Shown here in pieces: positions 6,885-16,993 of a DNA stretch of 64,000 bases. The notes under the pieces were generated by a model. The model did not search any database. It saw nothing but the letters and a program-made list of their open reading frames with translations, and was not told the origin of the DNA. The position numbers were made by a program, and so were the translations under genes. Position 1 is the first letter of the stretch; each line of letters begins with the position of its first letter. Source of the DNA: a virus (lineage: Duplodnaviria; Caudoviricetes); the IMG/VR virus record IMGVR_UViG_3300028591_000005, positions 1 through 64,000 of that record; one strand, 5' to 3'.

Positions 6885-7046
6885 GTTAGCACCGGCTAAC
6901 CATAGTTAGCATAGGCTAACCAGATCCGCTTGAGTTAGCATGTGCTAACTGACATGTGTGTCAGTTAGCCTGGGCTAACTGGGATAAACGAGTTAGCATA
7001 GGCTAACCAAAAAGCCCTGGCAAAAATCTGGTTAGCATAGGCTAAC
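6885..7046. repeat. Array of six 16-bp palindromes GTTAGC-N4-GCTAAC
   Basis: Copies start at 6885, 6905, 6934, 6964, 6992, 7031. Confidence 0.95.
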
Positions 7047-7412
7047 TGAAACACGGCCCTCGGCGTGCGGGAGCAAATCGCACTCGGGCCGAGCAGCTAA
7101 CGACAACACACATTTATTGTATGTGTTGTTTTTCTTGTATTGAATTTATTGTTCTTTGTATAATAAATAAAATTAATTATGTTTGTTCTTTTGTTACTCT
7201 TTGTTCTTGTTGATTGTGTGTCATTGCAACGATTGATTGTCTATCAGTCGTGGCAGCAGGCGTTTGTTAGGGCTATCAATCCCGCGTATTTGTTAGGGGT
7301 GCGTCGCTGCTAGGAGACTCCTCGGCGTAAAAACCCCCCGGTATATTTCGGGATTTTTCTTGGCTGAATAGAGAAAGTGCTTTTTGCTCCTCATTCGACG
7401 CACCAAAAATTT

Positions 7413-8105
7413 TTATAAATTTAAATATTCGGGATTTATTAAATCATAATCCCAATACGGAATCCACTGTAAAATTATACCATGCGCCTTACAATAGTCG
7501 TCTTTACGAGCATCACGTTGCTTTTGATATTCAAAAGCTTCTTCTCCGCCATAATATTCAATGGGTTTATAATGTTGTTCTCCATTAAATTCAATAGCTT
7601 TAATAATTTTATTATTATTATCAAAAATAACAAAATCAAAAAACATTACTTCATTTTTTTCATTTTTTATTCTATACTGCTTTTGAAAATTTACATCATA
7701 TTGTTCTAATAATTGTCTTATTTTAAATTCTCCTGCGGATTCAGATAAACATCCACATGAACGAGTATAAATTTTTAAATGTTCTAATCTTACTTCAAAA
7801 GGGTTACTTCCACAATCACATTGTACTTTTACATAAGTATGATTTCCTTTAGCCTGTCCTTCTCCTATGATAGTTAATTTACCATATCTATCACCTATTT
7901 TCCAAGATCTTAATTGCATACCTTTACAATTATTACAAAATCGTGGTTGTTTATCTAAATCAGTTTTTCTAACACTAGCAATATTACCACAATTATTACA
8001 TTTACATATCCAAAATGTTTCATGTGATTTAGATTGCGGGTTCCAGTCTCGTGCTTCTACACTCCAGCACCCGCAAATTTGTCCACTATAATCTTTTGCT
8101 GCCAT
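7413..8105 (-). CDS. Free-standing homing-endonuclease-like protein (Cys-rich repeats plus PD-(D/E)xK/Vsr-like domain)
   Basis: Two CxC..CG repeats, then SAGE...FDF...IEFNGEQHY...D..KDDYC motif. Confidence 0.75.
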   Translation of the reverse strand: MAAKDYSGQICGCWSVEARDWNPQSKSHETFWICKCNNCGNIASVRKTDLDKQPRFCNNCKGMQLRSWKIGDRYGKLTIIGEGQAKGNHTYVKVQCDCGSNPFEVRLEHLKIYTRSCGCLSESAGEFKIRQLLEQYDVNFQKQYRIKNEKNEVMFFDFVIFDNNNKIIKAIEFNGEQHYKPIEYYGGEEAFEYQKQRDARKDDYCKAHGIILQWIPYWDYDLINPEYLNL

Positions 8106-8232
8106 AAAAAAATCCTCCTTAAGATTGTTTGTTACTATATCTATTTTATATTATATCAAAAATTCCCGAAATTGTCCAGAAAAGATTTCGGGATTTTTTA
8201 GGAAGATGTTTGAAAAATATCTTCCTAAACTC

Positions 8233-8261
8233 TTGACTTTTGTAAAAATTTTTGGTACAAT
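8233..8261 (+). promoter_or_regulatory. sigmaA promoter of packaging operon
   Basis: TTGACT-17-TACAAT with extended TG. Confidence 0.8.
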
Positions 8262-8291
8262 TATTATAAAGATAAAGAAAGGAGACTTTAT

Positions 8292-9389
8292 ATGGAGAAT
8301 CAAGAACATATTAAAATGGACTATGATCTCCCCACCGCAGAAGAAAGAGTAAAGAAAGTAGAAGAAATAATTGCTAATACGCCTCCAGAAAAACTTACAC
8401 CTTATTATCTGGATAAAATGGCTGAATATATTACAGAACCTATAACAAAAGAAGAGAAAAAAGAAAAATTAATTTTAACAAAGAACCACATGAAAAATGT
8501 GCGGTCAAGGGAAACCTCATTTGAAGGACTTGTAGGAAAATTAGAGAATGGGGAAGATGGCATTTATAACATGATTGCCAATGATAAAAATATTATCTTC
8601 AATAGAAAGAAACCTATATCAGAACAAGAGTATGAAGATTATCCTATCCTTAGATCCCTTAAAGATGATATAGAAAAGCTTGAAGAAAAATTTAAAAATA
8701 CACGCGGAAAGAATGCTTACACTCTTAAAAAGCAAATCATGGAGATGTATTCAAATCTTTATGAAATGAAAAAAGCATTTAATCCTCCTATCTACACCAA
8801 TAGCATAGTTAAAAGTGTTGCGAAATTTGATTTATCAGACTACATTACTATTGGGGAAGATGGTCTTCCGCATAATCGCGGCTATATCAGTTTCTTTAAT
8901 GAAGAACATATTTCCCTCTTATTATGTAATTATTCAAAACTTAAAGAAGAATGTTGGGAAAAAGTACAAAGTGATCTTAAATGGATGATGGAAGACTTTG
9001 ATGCTCTGGTTGAAAGAGCACTTAAAGAAACATATCCTATGTATTATGATATAGTAACTTATAAAGTAGATGGAAAGCAGAATGCGGAAATCCAACAGCT
9101 CCTTTATGAAGATTATGATATTAGACATTCAGTAGAATATATTTCTTCATTATGGCGTAACAAAATTCCTAAAGTTATTGCGGAGACGGCGGTTAATGAC
9201 TACTTAGTCTGGTACTATACGAACGAAGAGTATGGTAAGTGGAAGCGCTGTTCTCGTTGTGGTCAAATCAAATTAGCTCATAACAACTTCTTTTCAAAGA
9301 ATAGTACAAGCAAGGATGGTTTGTATTCTATCTGTAAATGTTGCAGAAACAAGAAAACAGACCAAAAGAAAAAGATAAAGAAGGAGTGA
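8292..9389 (+). CDS. Putative transcription regulator (HTH-like segment plus C-terminal Zn finger)
   Basis: DGKQNAEIQQLL...HSVEYISSLW HTH-like segment; CSRC...CKCC. Confidence 0.55.
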   Translation: MENQEHIKMDYDLPTAEERVKKVEEIIANTPPEKLTPYYLDKMAEYITEPITKEEKKEKLILTKNHMKNVRSRETSFEGLVGKLENGEDGIYNMIANDKNIIFNRKKPISEQEYEDYPILRSLKDDIEKLEEKFKNTRGKNAYTLKKQIMEMYSNLYEMKKAFNPPIYTNSIVKSVAKFDLSDYITIGEDGLPHNRGYISFFNEEHISLLLCNYSKLKEECWEKVQSDLKWMMEDFDALVERALKETYPMYYDIVTYKVDGKQNAEIQQLLYEDYDIRHSVEYISSLWRNKIPKVIAETAVNDYLVWYYTNEEYGKWKRCSRCGQIKLAHNNFFSKNSTSKDGLYSICKCCRNKKTDQKKKIKKE

Positions 9390-9393
9390 GTTT

Positions 9394-10635
9394 ATGCCAC
9401 AAGGAATTGCGGTGGCAGAAAATGGTCAGGTCTATTGTTCTAAATGTCGAAAGACGATGGCGGCAACCAATTTTTATCAATATAAAGATGGTACGAAATG
9501 TGAATTGTGTAAAAGTTGTCTTACTATGCACATCAATAATTTTGAACCTGATACATTTTTATGGCTACTAGAAAAATTTGACGTTCCATATATTCCTGCG
9601 GAATGGAATACATTGCGGGATCGTGCTTATCAAAAAGATCCTTATAAAATGAATGGAATGTCTGTCTTTGGTAAATATCTCTCCAAGATGAAGCTTAAAC
9701 AATGGAAGCAATATACTTGGGCAGATACAGAACGATTACAAAAAGAAGCCGAAGAAAAAGCTAAATTATATGGTAATCAAGAAGTCATTAACGAAGAAAA
9801 AATAAAAGAGATGGAAGAAGCTTTTCACAATGGCGAGATTACTGAGGCTCAATGGCTTACTTATCAAGAAGTAAATGCACCGCAACCAGAATTTCAAGTA
9901 ATTGATGGTGCGGTGACCACTGCTGGACCGAATAGTGGGTCTAGTCAAATGCCTGTTAATGACAGTCCCTTTGAGGCTGCGCCGCTTCCCGATGTAGGCG
10001 CAGAATTAACAGAAGAAGATAAATTATATTTAACAAATAAATGGGGTCAATTGTATTCTTGGGCAGACCGTGTTTACCTTGAAGGTAAATATCAAGATTT
10101 CATGAATTCTTTTGATATTCAAGGTGCGGCAAGGGTAGATACTCTGATTCAGATATGCAAGCTTTCGCTAAAGATGAATCAGGCTTTAGATACTGGAGAT
10201 ATGGATTCCTACGCAAAACTTTATAAAGCATATGACACTTTGATGAAGAGTGCTAAATTCACAGAAGCACAGAGAAAAGAGGAAAAGTCTGGAGAATTTG
10301 ATTCTGTCGGTCAGATTGTTTATTATGCGGAAAAGGAAGGTGGCAAGATTCCAAGATATAATATCGATACTCCTTTAGACGTGGTTGATGAAGCAATTGC
10401 TAATTTAAAGAAATATAATCATGATTTAGTTGCTAATGATCCAACATTGTCACAAATGATTGAGAACTTCATTAAGAGACGTGAAAGTGCTGAAGCACAA
10501 AAGAAAGATCTTAAAGAAGCTAAAGCTCAAGGTAAGGATTATGTTGAAATTGAAAATGAAGATTATGTTGAATTTAGCAAATTATTAAGTGAAGATAGAG
10601 AGGAGGAAAAAGATGAGCCTTCAACAGATACTTGA
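9394..10635 (+). CDS. Probable terminase small subunit (N-terminal Zn finger)
   Basis: Overlaps terL start; CSKC/CKSC; helical C-terminus; assignment is positional. Confidence 0.55.
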   Translation: MPQGIAVAENGQVYCSKCRKTMAATNFYQYKDGTKCELCKSCLTMHINNFEPDTFLWLLEKFDVPYIPAEWNTLRDRAYQKDPYKMNGMSVFGKYLSKMKLKQWKQYTWADTERLQKEAEEKAKLYGNQEVINEEKIKEMEEAFHNGEITEAQWLTYQEVNAPQPEFQVIDGAVTTAGPNSGSSQMPVNDSPFEAAPLPDVGAELTEEDKLYLTNKWGQLYSWADRVYLEGKYQDFMNSFDIQGAARVDTLIQICKLSLKMNQALDTGDMDSYAKLYKAYDTLMKSAKFTEAQRKEEKSGEFDSVGQIVYYAEKEGGKIPRYNIDTPLDVVDEAIANLKKYNHDLVANDPTLSQMIENFIKRRESAEAQKKDLKEAKAQGKDYVEIENEDYVEFSKLLSEDREEEKDEPSTDT

Positions 10636-11163
10636 TGTTTCCTCTTCTCGTTCTCTTGTTAAAGATGAAGTATCAGAAGAAAGAATTAAAAATAATTTAG
10701 ATGCTATAAGAGAAGAAATAGCATTTTTTAGAGAATATCCTGATTTATTTGTTGATACGATAAAAGGGCCAGATTGTACTTTTAAATTTAGATTTACACA
10801 GAGAATTTTCTTACGCAGTATTATGCGGCATCGCTACGTATACTGCGTATTTACGCGTGGTTTTAGTAAATCATTTCTTGCAATTATGGCGTTAATGCTT
10901 CGTGCAATATTGTTTCCAGGTAGTAAAGTATTCGTTACTACTGGTGGTAAGGAACAGGCTGCATTGATTACTATATCTAAAGTTGAAGAAATTTGCAAAC
11001 TCATTCCCGCACTTTCTAATGAGATAAATTGGGAAAGAGGTGCATCAACTAAATCAAAAGATAACGTAAAATATAAATTTAAAAATGGTTCTGAATTAGA
11101 TATTTTGGCGGCAAGAGAAAGTACCAGAGGTCAGCGTCGTAATGGTGGAGTTATCGAAGAGGT
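10613..11163 (+). CDS. terL: Terminase large subunit, exon 1 (ATPase)
   Basis: Walker A-like TRGFSKS; RGQRRNGGVIEE Walker B immediately before the intron. Confidence 0.9.
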
Positions 11164-12242
11164 AAGTAATATTGCCTTAATACATTCTTTTCCTGCTTAT
11201 CGGCAGGGGTTACAGAAATGTAGCTAACGGGGAAGCCTAAGTTTAAAAAATATGGTAATCCCGTGGGAAAATTTGGACAAACTTTATTAAAAATAATAGT
11301 TAAATCTTCAAATATTACTGTAAAGTAATATTTATAGATTAAGTAAATTGGAGGATTTAACTATGATGGGAATTTATAAGTTCCAAAATAAAATTAATAA
11401 GAAAATTTATATTGGTCAATCAATTTCATTAGAAACACGATATAAAAGTCATTATAATAATTATAAAAATCCAAATTTGGAAGATTATAATACTAAATTT
11501 TATAATGCTTTAAGATATTATGGTTTTGAAAATTTTTCTTATGAAATTTTAGAATCTGCTGATTATTTTACTAAAGAAGAATTAAATGAAAAAGAAATTT
11601 ATTGGATAAGTTATTTTAATTCTTATGAAGATGGTTATAATAGCAATAGAGGTGGTTTTAAAGTGACTGAAAATAGTGAAGATCATCCTATGGCTAAGTT
11701 AACAAATGAACAAGTATTAGAAATTAAACACAAATTAAAAACTACTACAATTAGCCAATATCAAATTGCAGAAGAATATGGTGTTACTCAATCTTTGATT
11801 GCAGAAATTAATAATGGTCGAAGATGGGCAGCAATTGGTATTCAAGAACAGTATCCTATTAGAAATCAAGGAATTATGAGAACTGGTTCTAAAAATCATC
11901 GATCAGTATTAACGGATGAACAAGTTATGGATATGCGAAAAAGAAATGCTAATGGCGAAAGTAGGAGCTTAATATTTGAAGATTATAAAAATATTTGTTC
12001 AAGAAGTACTTTAGATAAAGTAATTAGCGGAAGAGCTTATACTAATTTACCCGTTTATAAAAATGGAGAATGGACAAATTAGCCTGTATCGACTATCCCT
12101 TAGGTTGAAATGCTGGGGAGTAGGGTTGCTATTGATACGCAGCTAGGTTTTAGGAAACGAAGCCTATGAAAACCGAAAGAGATGTAATACTTTTAAAGTA
12201 TTAAAATTTAGTCAGTGCTTATGGAAACATAAGAATTACATG
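11164..12242 (+). mobile_element. Group I intron in terL
   Basis: P1 gaggt/gcctt with U-G at 5' splice site; P10 taatatt/aatatta; core aacgggga, aatcccgtg, tcgactat, ttagtc; terminal G at 12242; splicing restores frame (IEE-V-ILVDETALNEIIIP). Confidence 0.92.
11363..12082 (+). CDS. Intron-encoded GIY-YIG homing endonuclease
   Basis: GIYKF...IYIGQS, EIYWI, GYN motifs; two C-terminal LTNEQV/LTDEQV HTH repeats. Confidence 0.93.
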   Translation: MMGIYKFQNKINKKIYIGQSISLETRYKSHYNNYKNPNLEDYNTKFYNALRYYGFENFSYEILESADYFTKEELNEKEIYWISYFNSYEDGYNSNRGGFKVTENSEDHPMAKLTNEQVLEIKHKLKTTTISQYQIAEEYGVTQSLIAEINNGRRWAAIGIQEQYPIRNQGIMRTGSKNHRSVLTDEQVMDMRKRNANGESRSLIFEDYKNICSRSTLDKVISGRAYTNLPVYKNGEWTN

Positions 12243-13434
12243 AATATTAGTTGACGAAACTGCTCTTAATGAAATTATTATTCCTACTACCAACGTAGAT
12301 AGGAATCTTCCTGATGGAACAACAGATCCAGATGAAGTGGTTAACCAATCTCAGATATATATTACATCTGCGGGTTGGAAAAATTCTTATGCTTACGATA
12401 GATTGATTGAAATATTATTGAATTCAGTTTTATTCCCTGATCAGTATATGATTCTTGGCGGAGACTATCATCTCGCGATTCTCGAAGGGGCAGTTAAGGA
12501 AGACATGGTTGATGAAATGAAGATGAATGGTACTTATGATGAATCTTCATTTGATCGTGAGTATGGAAGTGTTTGGTCAGGTGATGCTGCAAATGCTTAC
12601 TTCTCGAATGATGCCTTTGAAAAGCATAGAGTATTATTACAGCCTGAATATGAATTTAGCGGAAGATCTAGTAAAAATGCTTATTATGTAATTGGAGTCG
12701 ACGTTGGACGTAAGGGATGTAACTCAGAGGCTAGTGTAATAAAAGTTACGCCGCAACCGCAAGGAGATGCTCTTAAGTCTCTTGTTAATATATATTCTCT
12801 TTCTGCAGAACATTTTGAAGAACAAGCAATTCATATTAAAAAATTATATTATAAATATAAAGCAAGAACTGTTGCTATTGATGCCAATGGTCTTGGTGTT
12901 GGTCTTATAGACTTTATGGTTAAGGCACAAATAGATCCAGAAGATGGAAGTGAATTACCTCCTTTTGGTGTTGAAGGTGGAACTTATGAAGAAGTTCTCC
13001 AAGATTATAAAAAATATAGAACAGATGATATGGAAAGAGATGCTATGTATTTAATCAAAGCTAATGCTCCTATAAATACAGAAGCACATACTTATGTTCA
13101 AACACAAATGAGCAGCGGAAAGATTAAATTATTAATAGATGAACAAACAGCTAAAGCTAAGTTAATGAGTACTAAGGTTGGTCAGAATATGACACCAGAT
13201 GAAAGAAATGATTATTTAATGCCTTTCCAACAAACTACTATATTAAAGAATCAGATGTTGAATTTAGTTGAAGATAATGATGGTGTTAATGTTATTTTGA
13301 AACAAAATAATAGATCAATACCTAAAGATAAATTTTCAAGTTTTGAATATGGGATGTATTATATAAAACAAGAGGAAGCAAGGAAAAAGAAAAGAAAGTC
13401 TCATTCTCTTGCGGATATGCTATTTTTTAATTGA
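12243..13434 (+). CDS. terL: Terminase large subunit, exon 2 (coupling motif and nuclease)
   Basis: YITSAG motif III; IGVDVGR, AIDANGLG and KDKFSS nuclease motifs; spliced product 580 aa. Confidence 0.92.
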
Positions 13435-13509
13435 GTAGGACAAAGGTTATTAAACATTAACTTGTATTTATGATTTATAATGTATAAAAGAAAGTGAGAG
13501 ATATATTTT

Positions 13510-13866
13510 ATGAGAAGTTCACGCGGAGAGATAAAAATAGTAGATATTTTAACTCTTGCTGGTTTAAACTTTAAAGAAGAATATAGTTTCCCTGATCTTG
13601 TTAGTTCTAGCGGACGACCATTAAGATTTGATTTTGCTGTATTTGATGATGAAGGTGAACTTGATTTTCTTATCGAATATCAAGGTATTCAGCATTATGA
13701 AGCAAAATCAAAATTTGGTGGCGCTAAAGGTTTATATCAGCAAAAGTTCAATGATGCTCAAAAGAGAGAGTATTGTAGAAAGCATGGATATACTTTAGTA
13801 TGTGTTCCATATTGGGATGAAAATAGATTAGACTATGATTATCTCATGAAGGCAGCAGGATACTAA
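13510..13866 (+). CDS. Stand-alone PD-(D/E)xK/Vsr-like endonuclease
   Basis: SRGE...LRFDFAV...IEYQGIQHY...DAQKREYC. Confidence 0.75.
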   Translation: MRSSRGEIKIVDILTLAGLNFKEEYSFPDLVSSSGRPLRFDFAVFDDEGELDFLIEYQGIQHYEAKSKFGGAKGLYQQKFNDAQKREYCRKHGYTLVCVPYWDENRLDYDYLMKAAGY

Positions 13867-13945
13867 ATATAATTTTAGATGAAATTTGACTTTCTCTAAA
13901 ATTTTTGATATAATTATTAAAGATGATAAGGAGGTATCTCTTCTA

Positions 13946-15568
13946 ATGTCAGAAAGAAATGAAGAAATTAAAGCCAAAGGCTTTGATATAATACATGGAA
14001 GAAATATGGATACTACCTATCACGAAGGACATACCGGATATCAATCACAACCAAAGCCTAGTATTGATTATAATAAAATCAAGATTGGTGCTAAAACTCT
14101 TGAAGATGCGATTATTGATATAGGAATTCTTAAAAAAGTTAATCCTAGACTTGCAGATAAGGAATTTGTATTAAAAGCTATTTATAGTTATGATTTAGTA
14201 ACTATGAGAGAAATATCAGATTTCTTTTATAAAGTAAGTGGAATTTATAGTCGTATCTTAAGATATATGGCGTTTATGTACCGTTATGATTGGTATATCA
14301 CTCCTTATGTAAATGATCAAAAGGTTAAGAAAGAAAAAATCCTTGAAGGTTTTAGTAAAAGTTTACAGTTATTAGATAATTTTCATGTAAAGAAAGCATT
14401 AGGAGATATAGCTTTGAAAACTTTACGCTATGGTGCTTACTATGGCTATAAGGTTGAAACAAAGAATGGTATTGTTCTTCAAGAGCTTCCCCCAAATTAT
14501 TGTAGAAGTAAATTCTATTATGGAGATAAGCCTGCTGTAGAATTCAATATGAAATTTTTTGATACACATTTTAGAGATACTGCTCAAAAGATGAAAGTAT
14601 TAAAAATGTTTCCTGAGGAATTCAGTAAAGGGTATATCTTATATAAACAAGGAAAATTAGTTCCTGATTTTCCTGGGGATGATAGTGGTTGGTATTTACT
14701 TGATGTAAACAATACTGTTAAATTTAATGTTAATGGTGAAGATTATCCTGCTTTTATATCAGTGATTCCACTTATTCTTGATCTTGTTGAAGCTCAAGAT
14801 TTAGATAGGAAAAAGACAGCTCAAAGATTATTAAAAATCATTATTCAGAAAATGCCTATGGACAAGAATGGCGATTTAATCTTTGATGTTGATGAAGCAC
14901 AGCAATTACATAATAACGCTATTCAAATGTTGGGTAGAGCAATTGGTATTGATGTGTTAACAACTTTTGCGGATGTCGATGTTGCGAATATGGCGGATAG
15001 TAGTGTTGCTTCCGCACAAGCAGATGATTTAGCAAGAGTTGAAAGACAAGTTTATAACGAAGCTGGTGTTTCTCAGATGCAATTTAATACCGATGGTAAT
15101 ATTGCATTAGAGAAATCAATCTTAAATGATGAAGCTTCGATGTATAACTTGTTATTACAATTTGAAATGTTCTTAAATGATGTAATTTCTAAATTTAATA
15201 CAAATCCTAAAAAATTAGAATATAAAGTACAGATATTAACTACAACAATTTATAATTATAAAGAACTTGCAAAATTATATAAAGAACAAACTCAATTAGG
15301 TTATTCTAAAATACTTCCTCAACTCGCTCTTGGACAATCACAAAGCAGTATTCTTGCTAATGCATTCTTTGAGAATGATGTTCTTGATCTTGTTAATGTA
15401 TTTATTCCACCTCTTATGAGTTCTACTATGAATACAACAATTCTTGATAGAAAGAAAGGCGGAGATGCGGCAACCCAGCCTGGGGATTCTGAGGGCGCTG
15501 GCCGCAAAGAAAAACCTGATGATGAAAAAAGTGAAAAAACTTTGAAGAACTTAGAATCTCAAGGTTAA
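13946..15568 (+). CDS. Portal protein
   Basis: About 540 aa after terL, before protease; sigmaA promoter 13886-13914; start reassigned to MSERNE. Confidence 0.8.
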   Translation: MSERNEEIKAKGFDIIHGRNMDTTYHEGHTGYQSQPKPSIDYNKIKIGAKTLEDAIIDIGILKKVNPRLADKEFVLKAIYSYDLVTMREISDFFYKVSGIYSRILRYMAFMYRYDWYITPYVNDQKVKKEKILEGFSKSLQLLDNFHVKKALGDIALKTLRYGAYYGYKVETKNGIVLQELPPNYCRSKFYYGDKPAVEFNMKFFDTHFRDTAQKMKVLKMFPEEFSKGYILYKQGKLVPDFPGDDSGWYLLDVNNTVKFNVNGEDYPAFISVIPLILDLVEAQDLDRKKTAQRLLKIIIQKMPMDKNGDLIFDVDEAQQLHNNAIQMLGRAIGIDVLTTFADVDVANMADSSVASAQADDLARVERQVYNEAGVSQMQFNTDGNIALEKSILNDEASMYNLLLQFEMFLNDVISKFNTNPKKLEYKVQILTTTIYNYKELAKLYKEQTQLGYSKILPQLALGQSQSSILANAFFENDVLDLVNVFIPPLMSSTMNTTILDRKKGGDAATQPGDSEGAGRKEKPDDEKSEKTLKNLESQG

Positions 15569-15582
15569 GTTGGAGGAACCAT

Positions 15583-16974
15583 ATGAATAGTAGAATTAGT
15601 GTTCCAACAATAGATGGAATTCAGTTTGTTAATTTACAGCCTTCAGATGTTTCTCCACTTATGAGTAAGTGTGATATTAAGGTTTTGTATATAGGACAAA
15701 ATAGAAATCATAGTTTTATTTCTAAAGAAACTGCAACTGAAATGTCTAAAACCTTAAGGGGTTGTCCTGTTGTTGGATGGTATCGTGAAGAGCAGAAAGA
15801 TTTTGGTGATCATGGTGATCAATTAGTTATTGATGGTAATGGTGCTAGATTTAATGTTCTCACAAAACCTTATGGATTTGTTGCTCCTGATGCTAAAATT
15901 TGGTTTCAGTTTTTTGAGGATAAAGATGAATTTGGTAATACTTGTGTAAGAGAGTATCTTTGTGCAGAAGCATTTTTATGGACTAAACAGTTCCCAGAAG
16001 CACAGCAAGCTATTGATAATCATAATCCTCATTCAATGGAACTTGATGAAGAAACTTTAAAAGGACATTGGGCAACAGATAATAATTCAGGTCTTGAATT
16101 TTTCATAATAAATGACGCGATTTTTTCTAAGTTATGTATTTTGGGAGAAGAAGTTGAACCTTGCTTTGAGGGATCAAGTATTCTTCCTCCAGATATAAGT
16201 TCAAGCTTTAGTAAAGATGATTTTGTAAAAGATCTTCTTAATATGGCTAAAGAACTTAAGTTTGCTTTAAGTAATAAGAATAGTGAAGGAGGACTTTCAA
16301 CAATGGAAGACAATAAGGCTCCAGAGATGGAGAATAACATTCAGCCTGTTGAAAATTCTTTCTCTGAGCAGGGCGAAAATAGTGAATTAAATGCTGCTGA
16401 AAATGAAAATAATACAGCAGGAGAATTCGCTAAGAAGGAAGAAGAAAAAGAGCAGCCTAATGAAAAGAAGGATGATCAAGCTTCTGACGACAAGAAAGAA
16501 GAGTCTTCTGACGATGACAAAAAGCCTGCTTCAGATGAAGAAGAGAAGAAAGAAGAACCTAAGAGCAAGTCTTCATTAGAAGAAGTTACTGCAGAGAATG
16601 AGTCTCTTAAGGCTAGTCTCGAAGAACTTCAAAATAAATTTGCTTCATTAGAAGAAGAAAATAAGAAACTTTTAGATTTTAAACGAGAAGTTGAAGACAA
16701 GCAAAAAGATGAATTAATTGCTTCTTTCTATATGCTTTCTGATGAAGATAAGAAAGATGTAGTTGAAAATAAGGCTAATTATTCATTAGATGATATTGAA
16801 AGTAAGCTTTCTGTTATTTGTGTGAGAAAGAAAGTTAATTTCACAGCTAATGATAACGCTGCATCTGAAAATAATGCTGCTGCACCTACAATTTTTAATT
16901 TAGATGCACATCAAGCAGACGATACTCCCGCTTGGTTAAAAGCAGTAGATAATATCGCAAATCGTAATGATTAA
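15583..16974 (+). CDS. Prohead protease/scaffold protein
   Basis: N-terminal protease-like domain (HSMEL, LCILG..VEPCF) plus acidic coiled-coil scaffold. Confidence 0.75.
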   Translation: MNSRISVPTIDGIQFVNLQPSDVSPLMSKCDIKVLYIGQNRNHSFISKETATEMSKTLRGCPVVGWYREEQKDFGDHGDQLVIDGNGARFNVLTKPYGFVAPDAKIWFQFFEDKDEFGNTCVREYLCAEAFLWTKQFPEAQQAIDNHNPHSMELDEETLKGHWATDNNSGLEFFIINDAIFSKLCILGEEVEPCFEGSSILPPDISSSFSKDDFVKDLLNMAKELKFALSNKNSEGGLSTMEDNKAPEMENNIQPVENSFSEQGENSELNAAENENNTAGEFAKKEEEKEQPNEKKDDQASDDKKEESSDDDKKPASDEEEKKEEPKSKSSLEEVTAENESLKASLEELQNKFASLEEENKKLLDFKREVEDKQKDELIASFYMLSDEDKKDVVENKANYSLDDIESKLSVICVRKKVNFTANDNAASENNAAAPTIFNLDAHQADDTPAWLKAVDNIANRND

Positions 16975-16993
16975 AATAGGAGGATAATCAATT

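Noticed and set aside
6885-7046. Mini CRISPR array or CIRCE (HrcA) operators
   Set aside because: Repeats are only 16 bp with 4-23 bp gaps and a variable centre, and there are no cas genes. CIRCE is TTAGCACTC-N9-GAGTGCTAA, which has different arms and spacing.
10589-13434. terL as a pseudogene or two separate genes
   Set aside because: The interruption has all group I intron hallmarks and splicing restores an intact frame.
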